DNA of 64,000 bases from positions 8,895-72,894 of IMG/VR virus record IMGVR_UViG_3300013233_000109; one strand, given 5' to 3'. Numbering within the stretch: position 1 is the first letter of the stretch; the number at the start of each line of letters is the position of its first letter. Origin of the DNA: a virus. The notes beneath the pieces were generated by a model, which saw nothing but the letters and a program-made list of their open reading frames with translations, did not search any database and was not told the DNA's origin. Of the stretch, positions 59,040-64,000 are shown piece after piece. The position numbers and the translations under genes were made by a program.

Positions 59040-60602
59040 TACCCATCTTATTTTACCGCAATCCCAAACTTTAAGTAAGCCCATTTGTTTTGTTATTTCT
59101 CGCTCAGTTAGCGAAGCATCATACCCTTGCTCCACTAGTTTAAATTTTGCAAAATTATAACGGTGGAACAGTTTATGCACTCTGTGTTTAACATACCAGT
59201 AACTTGGGATAATTTTCTTATCATTTTTAAAACCTAGTTGCTTATATAAATCTCCGTCGCTCCATTCATTGTCTGAGTATGAGATTATTTGTTCAGGATT
59301 ATGATTTTTAATAAAGTGTTTTAAGAGTTTACTAGCACCACCTTGCACTCGTCTACTAGATACAAATCGAATTAATTCATAACCAGGCTCTTTTTTTCCT
59401 ATGCCAGGGCGAGATTTAGTTTCGCTAAATGTCATTAGTGCTACTAATTCATTGTTGTAGCGCAATCCGTATTTTATCTTAGATCTAGTATGCCCTTGTA
59501 TATGATACGTATCTTGAAATAGTTTACTCTCTGTCGCGTCAATTTCAGCTATCGAGCATTTCCGTGCGTAGACTGATTCGCTATTAAGTTGTAATTTTGC
59601 TTTGATTATACTTTTTACTATATCCTTCTTGCCGTGCCAAAAAGTTGAAAATATTGTGATTAGCTGTATTCCTTGTAATTTACACTGTTGATACTTATCG
59701 CTGTGATATGTTTTTGTTATATGCTGTATATCTTCGTGATGCCAATATACTCCGTTAAATTCGATTGCTATATTATAATCTGGCAAATATATATCTAATT
59801 CTTTTGGAGTTATTACTTTTCTCGAATTGCATACTATGTTTTTAATTCCCAAACTTTCTAAATACCCGACAATTTCGTGCTCTTCAGCTGACTTGAATGG
59901 TTGTCGTAATCCGTGCTTGTTTAAGTACTTGTATACAGTTTGGGTGTGTACATTAAACTTCTCTGCTAATTCTATTATAGAGTGTTTTTTGTATAATTCC
60001 TGCATTGATTCTTTATTATTAAGCACAGCAATTTCTTTGTCTTTAAATTTCTCAATCCAGAATCCATTTTGTTCTTTACTAGCAAATGTTTCTTTTATCT
60101 TTGATGCATTATTGTAGTGCTTATCACCATAGCGAATAAACTTTGTTTTTGCTATCTTACTAACTATAGTTGTAACAGCGTCGTTATCGTTATATAATGC
60201 CGCGTGATTTATTTTAGCATTAGGGGTTTGGCCATTATTATTAACACCGTATTTTGCTAATGTTGTCTTTGCTCGTTTCGCATTAGTTGCTTTATTTTCT
60301 TCTTCTGTTTTGTTTTGTTTTGTCATTGATACTTTTGCCGATATTACTACTTTTGCACACTGGCATTTTCCAGTTTTCCCGCAAAATCCGTAACCCCCCG
60401 CAAAAGATTTAAATTTCATAAGATTCCCATTAGCACATTTATTACTAATTTGCGATATAGCACTATATATCATATTAGCATAATTAGGAGATTGCACTAA
60501 CGTATTATCTAATACCCATTCATTTAATTCTAAATTGTTTTTAATTATCCGCGAGTAATGTCGCGGCTTGTTGTTGATTATTTGTAGTATTGTTGACTTC
60601 AT
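59025..60602 (-). CDS. Putative homing endonuclease, paralogue of 57294..59039
   Basis: KYG repeats, KELDIY.P...IAIEFNGVYWH, YARKC...HIQG...SYSDNE...KVWDCG; TATAAATA 5 nt before the ATG. Confidence 0.78.
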   Translation of the reverse strand: MKSTILQIINNKPRHYSRIIKNNLELNEWVLDNTLVQSPNYANMIYSAISQISNKCANGNLMKFKSFAGGYGFCGKTGKCQCAKVVISAKVSMTKQNKTEEENKATNAKRAKTTLAKYGVNNNGQTPNAKINHAALYNDNDAVTTIVSKIAKTKFIRYGDKHYNNASKIKETFASKEQNGFWIEKFKDKEIAVLNNKESMQELYKKHSIIELAEKFNVHTQTVYKYLNKHGLRQPFKSAEEHEIVGYLESLGIKNIVCNSRKVITPKELDIYLPDYNIAIEFNGVYWHHEDIQHITKTYHSDKYQQCKLQGIQLITIFSTFWHGKKDIVKSIIKAKLQLNSESVYARKCSIAEIDATESKLFQDTYHIQGHTRSKIKYGLRYNNELVALMTFSETKSRPGIGKKEPGYELIRFVSSRRVQGGASKLLKHFIKNHNPEQIISYSDNEWSDGDLYKQLGFKNDKKIIPSYWYVKHRVHKLFHRYNFAKFKLVEQGYDASLTEREITKQMGLLKVWDCGKIRWVLKGI

Positions 60603-60664
60603 ATTGTTATTTATACGTTTGAACCGTTAAGTTATTATAGCATATAATAATCAAATAATCAACC

Positions 60665-60704
60665 ACTAGACATTCTGATTGCAATATGTTATAATTATGT
60701 TTAA
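60665..60704 (+). repeat. 40-bp direct repeat, copy B (sigma70 promoter)
   Basis: Identical to 57236-57275. Confidence 0.95.
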
Positions 60705-60705
60705 G

Positions 60706-60963
60706 ATGGAAAACACCGACACAACAATATATTGGAGATTCAGGAATCCTGATAACGACCCGTCAGACTGGCTAGAAGATACCGATTCGGATTCGGTGCC
60801 ACAGGCATTAAGTCATCTTGGCACAGTAATAGAGTACAAAATTAACGAAAAAGTTTACACAGATGCCACTTGTGTTCATTTAATTGAACTGTATAGTAAA
60901 ATAAAGATGTGGAACACATTAAATAATAAAAATCAACAGCAATTATCGGAATTGACAATTTGA
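60706..60963 (+). CDS. Small hypothetical protein
   Basis: ORF just after the promoter; C-terminal KMWNTL motif. Confidence 0.65.
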   Translation: MENTDTTIYWRFRNPDNDPSDWLEDTDSDSVPQALSHLGTVIEYKINEKVYTDATCVHLIELYSKIKMWNTLNNKNQQQLSELTI

Positions 60964-60980
60964 TTGCAATGTGCTATACT
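60952..60980 (+). promoter_or_regulatory. Sigma70-type promoter
   Basis: TTGACA-N17-TATACT; spacer contains the same TGATTGCAAT as the 40-bp repeat. Confidence 0.8.
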
Positions 60981-60985
60981 ATAGT

Positions 60986-61246
60986 ATGATATCTGTATTA
61001 ACAAGAGAAGGAAACTGGGTAAAGCGTCCACCTAACCACCTCGCTCATTTCAGCGTAGAAGAAGTATTAAATCAAATCCGCGGAAAAGTAGCATATAGTT
61101 TACAATCTAACAATACATACACACTGCAAGATAAATACAAAAAAATCCAGATTAACGAAATAATATACGATGATTTCACAACACAATCATTCGAAGACGC
61201 TATTTTAGCAGAACTTGTGTGGTGCAAACTAAAGTACAGGGCATAA
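60986..61246 (+). CDS. Small hypothetical protein
   Basis: ATG 5 nt after the -10 box; C-terminal LVWCKL motif. Confidence 0.65.
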   Translation: MISVLTREGNWVKRPPNHLAHFSVEEVLNQIRGKVAYSLQSNNTYTLQDKYKKIQINEIIYDDFTTQSFEDAILAELVWCKLKYRA

Positions 61247-61255
61247 CAGGGCATA

Positions 61256-61453
61256 ATGTTAGAGATCAAGTTAACCAAATTAAATGGGGGAATGTGGCAC
61301 ACGATTCCCCAAACTACCCCAATACCGGATTCCTTAATAGAAAAATTTTCGTGGCGATTAAATTCGAGAGAACTTAAAAAAAGTTCGCAGGAATTCACTG
61401 ATGCTGTAACAAAGCACAACTTATGGCAAAAATTATCTAAAACATGCGAATGA
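61256..61453 (+). CDS. Small hypothetical protein
   Basis: Tightly packed; C-terminal LWQKL motif. Confidence 0.6.
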   Translation: MLEIKLTKLNGGMWHTIPQTTPIPDSLIEKFSWRLNSRELKKSSQEFTDAVTKHNLWQKLSKTCE

Positions 61454-61764
61454 ATTATTCATTAATAAAAATAAAATCCGACAAAGAGCATGCGTTAGCT
61501 AGATTGAATAAAACAATAGATGATTGCCAGTATGTGATTAAAACATATTGCGGTAAATATTATGATATAAAGTTAAAAACAGGTGAGAGATTACAAATAT
61601 CGTGTTATTTAACTGATCGAGAATACGAAGCAGGAAGACTATTATTAATATTAAAGTACGGATCAATGTTGATAGCATACACAGAAACGATAAAAATAGA
61701 TTCAAAGTTATCAAAGCACGAAGAAAATATAGTATATCGATGGTGCAAGGCGACTAGTTTATGA
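61450..61764 (+). CDS. Small hypothetical protein
   Basis: ATGA-coupled to neighbours; LLILKYG motif. Confidence 0.6.
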   Translation: MNYSLIKIKSDKEHALARLNKTIDDCQYVIKTYCGKYYDIKLKTGERLQISCYLTDREYEAGRLLLILKYGSMLIAYTETIKIDSKLSKHEENIVYRWCKATSL

Positions 61765-61961
61765 ATAGCGTAGAAACATTCTTAATATTAAAGTACGAAA
61801 CATTAGCGACAGCATTTATTAATTATATGCGCTACCCGGATAATTTCTCGTACTCAGAGTTAGATTATTTAAATAAAAATGAAGCAAAATTGCGCAAGTT
61901 AGTAGCTGTTGACCTAGCCACAGAAATAACAAATGCGTTAGTAGAGGTAACATATGAATGA
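61761..61961 (+). CDS. Small hypothetical protein
   Basis: ATGA-coupled; FLILKYE motif. Confidence 0.6.
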   Translation: MNSVETFLILKYETLATAFINYMRYPDNFSYSELDYLNKNEAKLRKLVAVDLATEITNALVEVTYE

Positions 61962-62133
61962 GTTAACAGAAGAACAAGAAAAAATGTGGGATAAATTATC
62001 CACCGTAGTTGCTCCTGGATTACTTTATGCCCCTCCTGTGCCACTAAACGGCAAAGCCGGCGATGTATATCTAGATTCTGATACTAACACAATGCATGTG
62101 TATACAGGCACATACTGGGAAGATATAGCATGA
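61954..62133 (+). CDS. Small hypothetical protein (59 aa, below the ORF-track cutoff)
   Basis: GAGGT RBS; manual translation MNELTEEQEKMWDKLSTVVAPG...YWEDIA. Confidence 0.7.
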   Translation: MNELTEEQEKMWDKLSTVVAPGLLYAPPVPLNGKAGDVYLDSDTNTMHVYTGTYWEDIA

Positions 62134-62303
62134 GCAAAAAAGCCAACAAAGACGAAATGTGGGAAAAGTTACAAGCCCCATTTTTAACAACAGCCGAGAA
62201 GATAAGTTTAATAAGTCAGTATCATTTGCTACAATTTTCTAATAATTTCAAATCTACTGATCTTATTAAGAAAGTAACAAAATATATGGATTCGTTCAAA
62301 TGA
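62130..62303 (+). CDS. Small hypothetical protein (57 aa)
   Basis: ATGA overlap; MSKKANKDEMWEKLQAPFL... Confidence 0.7.
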   Translation: MSKKANKDEMWEKLQAPFLTTAEKISLISQYHLLQFSNNFKSTDLIKKVTKYMDSFK

Positions 62304-62452
62304 ATAAACAGGAAAAAATGTGGGAGAAGTTACAAGCCCCTTACAATCCGCAATCATTTGAAAAAGAACTTTCGTCTATATTTGCTAACGAATTAATAAA
62401 ACACCGCAAAGAATACAGAGAAGTTATGTTTGCTGCAACCAAAAATGACTAA
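62300..62452 (+). CDS. Small hypothetical protein (50 aa)
   Basis: ATGA overlap; MNKQEKMWEKLQAPYN... Confidence 0.7.
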   Translation: MNKQEKMWEKLQAPYNPQSFEKELSSIFANELIKHRKEYREVMFAATKND

Positions 62453-63242
62453 AAAGACTAAAAAAGAGTGGAAACAAACAGAGCGATTATATAACTGCAC
62501 CGGCAATTCAGCGTGGGAGCAAGGACTATTTTACAGCAATATGTACCCCCCTAATATGTCAGTTAAGTGGTTAGACACCGATACCCCTGAAGCTGCACAA
62601 TATGAAAAAGATATTACGTATGAGTTCAATGGCCACGGCTTCAGAAGCGATGATTTTACAGAAACATCGGAAATTAATATTCTAACATGCGGGTGTAGTT
62701 TAACTGTAGGTGTAGGTGTTGATCAACACGAAATATGGCCGTATCGATTAAAGAAGTTAATAGAGGAAGAAACCAGCAAAAGTGTCACAGTGTGGAATCT
62801 AGCAACAAGTGGAGCAAGTGGAGATTATGTTGCTCGCAGTTTATGGAAAGTTAAAACGGAGTTACATTCAGATTTTACTTTTGTGTATTGGCCCCCTAGT
62901 ACTAGATTAGAATTGCCAATGCTAGATCATTATGATTACAAAATAGAGCAAACATTCTTAGAGGACGAACACTACCTACACGATCTTAAAAATAGCACAT
63001 ATTTAGATTATAATACAGATCGTAATATAGTATTAGCTAAATTATTATCAGGCAAGCATCTATTATCGCTCAGCGAAGTAAATTGTGATACACTAGCAAG
63101 AGATGGAATGCATCCGGGCCTAGAATGGCATAATACAGTAGCGCAATTATTCTTAAAACAGTACACAGAAATGGCAAATCTTAAAGAAAAGCACCAGTAC
63201 TATAATTATCAAGTACTTAAAGAAAAATTCAATGATAAATAA
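62445..63242 (+). CDS. SGNH/GDSL hydrolase-like protein
   Basis: FNGHGFRS, GCSLTVG (block I), NLATSGAS (block II), RDGMHP (DxxH). Confidence 0.78.
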   Translation: MTKKTKKEWKQTERLYNCTGNSAWEQGLFYSNMYPPNMSVKWLDTDTPEAAQYEKDITYEFNGHGFRSDDFTETSEINILTCGCSLTVGVGVDQHEIWPYRLKKLIEEETSKSVTVWNLATSGASGDYVARSLWKVKTELHSDFTFVYWPPSTRLELPMLDHYDYKIEQTFLEDEHYLHDLKNSTYLDYNTDRNIVLAKLLSGKHLLSLSEVNCDTLARDGMHPGLEWHNTVAQLFLKQYTEMANLKEKHQYYNYQVLKEKFNDK

Positions 63243-63325
63243 AGCATACGCTAGAATAATCTAGTTTATGCGGCATCCACCGCGTAGCCATTAAAACCGG
63301 TAAATCACAAACAAGGAGATATCCC

Positions 63326-63745
63326 ATGGGACGTCCACTCAATAAAAAATATTTCGGAGAGCCTACACCAACAGGCAATGAAATTAAAGTACAATTCTTC
63401 AACGGAACAGCATCAGTAAATGGCTGGATCATCAAGCAACTAGGCAGCAAACGCTTCCGTTGCACAGATGGCACAGCGATAGCAGATTGCGTATTAACTG
63501 ATTCACCATCTGCTGGTCTTGTAGCAGGACAAATGTCCATTACAGTAAAAGATGACGCAGGAAATATCAAGCAAACAACTAAAATCACCGGACGTAAAGT
63601 TACACTAAACACCGGCGAAGGAATTGCTTGGAATTTTACGTCAGATATTACTGACGCAGCAGTAGAAATGGAAGAAGCTGGTGACGATGCAGTAATTGAT
63701 GCTATCGGCATTGATGAAGATGACTTCGAAGGTGACGACGTTTAA
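63326..63745 (+). CDS. Hypothetical late protein, possibly virion-associated
   Basis: AGGAG RBS, upstream TAAAT-type late elements, own terminator. Confidence 0.75.
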   Translation: MGRPLNKKYFGEPTPTGNEIKVQFFNGTASVNGWIIKQLGSKRFRCTDGTAIADCVLTDSPSAGLVAGQMSITVKDDAGNIKQTTKITGRKVTLNTGEGIAWNFTSDITDAAVEMEEAGDDAVIDAIGIDEDDFEGDDV

Positions 63746-63750
63746 GTAAC

Positions 63751-63782
63751 AAAAATTAGCCCTATTTGTTTAGGGCTTTTTT
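63751..63782. terminator. Probable bidirectional terminator
   Basis: AGCCCTA-TTTGTT-TAGGGCT-TTTTT hairpin between convergent genes. Confidence 0.75.
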
Positions 63783-64000
63783 ACGACTAGCTTTTCTAAT
63801 TCTGCTAAATTGATGTTTCTTAACATTTGCACAGTAACAGTGCCACCAAACGGCGCAAAAAACTGTACAAATCTTTCATTAAACCGCGCTTTAGTTGGAT
63901 GCTTTAGCACATACATAATCAAATCATCCTCGCATAATAAATTAGCAACTTTTATAATATAAATTAATCGCTGTAAAGCTGTATAATAGTTGCTGTATAA
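63770..64000 (-). CDS. 3' end of a hypothetical protein (runs off window end)
   Basis: Open frame of 77 codons ending TAA at 63770-72. Confidence 0.45.
   Translation of the reverse strand, partial: LYSNYYTALQRLIYIIKVANLLCEDDLIMYVLKHPTKARFNERFVQFFAPFGGTVTVQMLRNINLAELEKLVVKKP

Noticed and set aside
56345-60704. Repeats as a CRISPR array or IS element ends
   Set aside because: Only two copies each, separated by whole genes; no spacer periodicity, terminal inverted repeats, transposase or cas genes
63229-63711. 160-aa minus-strand ORF
   Set aside because: Antisense to 63326..63745, which has a strong RBS and its own terminator
1-64000. Stop-codon reassignment, as seen in some large phages
   Set aside because: Conserved genes are full length in the standard code, and both TAG and TGA end genes at sensible positions

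Overview
AT-rich (roughly one-third GC by eye) fragment of a large T4-like myovirus genome in the standard genetic code. Minus strand, 1-38.9 kb: a late morphogenesis block (tube initiator, LysM wedge, hub with a lysozyme-like domain, gp5-, gp25- and gp6-like proteins, a 3979-aa wedge protein, two paralogous tail fibres and a Gly-rich adhesin), followed by an operon of three glycosyltransferase-like genes and at least five N-terminal-twitch radical SAM genes. Centre: gp55-like late sigma factor interrupted by a LAGLIDADG intein, gp47/gp46 (Mre11/Rad50), an endonuclease VII homologue, a ~1 kb ORF-free region with a perfect sigma70 promoter and dense long-range base pairing (candidate large ncRNA or origin), and a gp26/gp51-like pair joined by a -1 slippery site. 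Plus strand, 47.8-64 kb: tape measure-like, portal, prohead core, protease, scaffold and major capsid genes, three endonuclease genes bracketed by duplicated terminator/promoter sequences, and a run of small genes sharing an MWxKL motif. Many late genes have a TAAATA promoter 5 nt before the ATG, implying leaderless mRNAs. All calls come from motif recognition by eye; no database searches were run.
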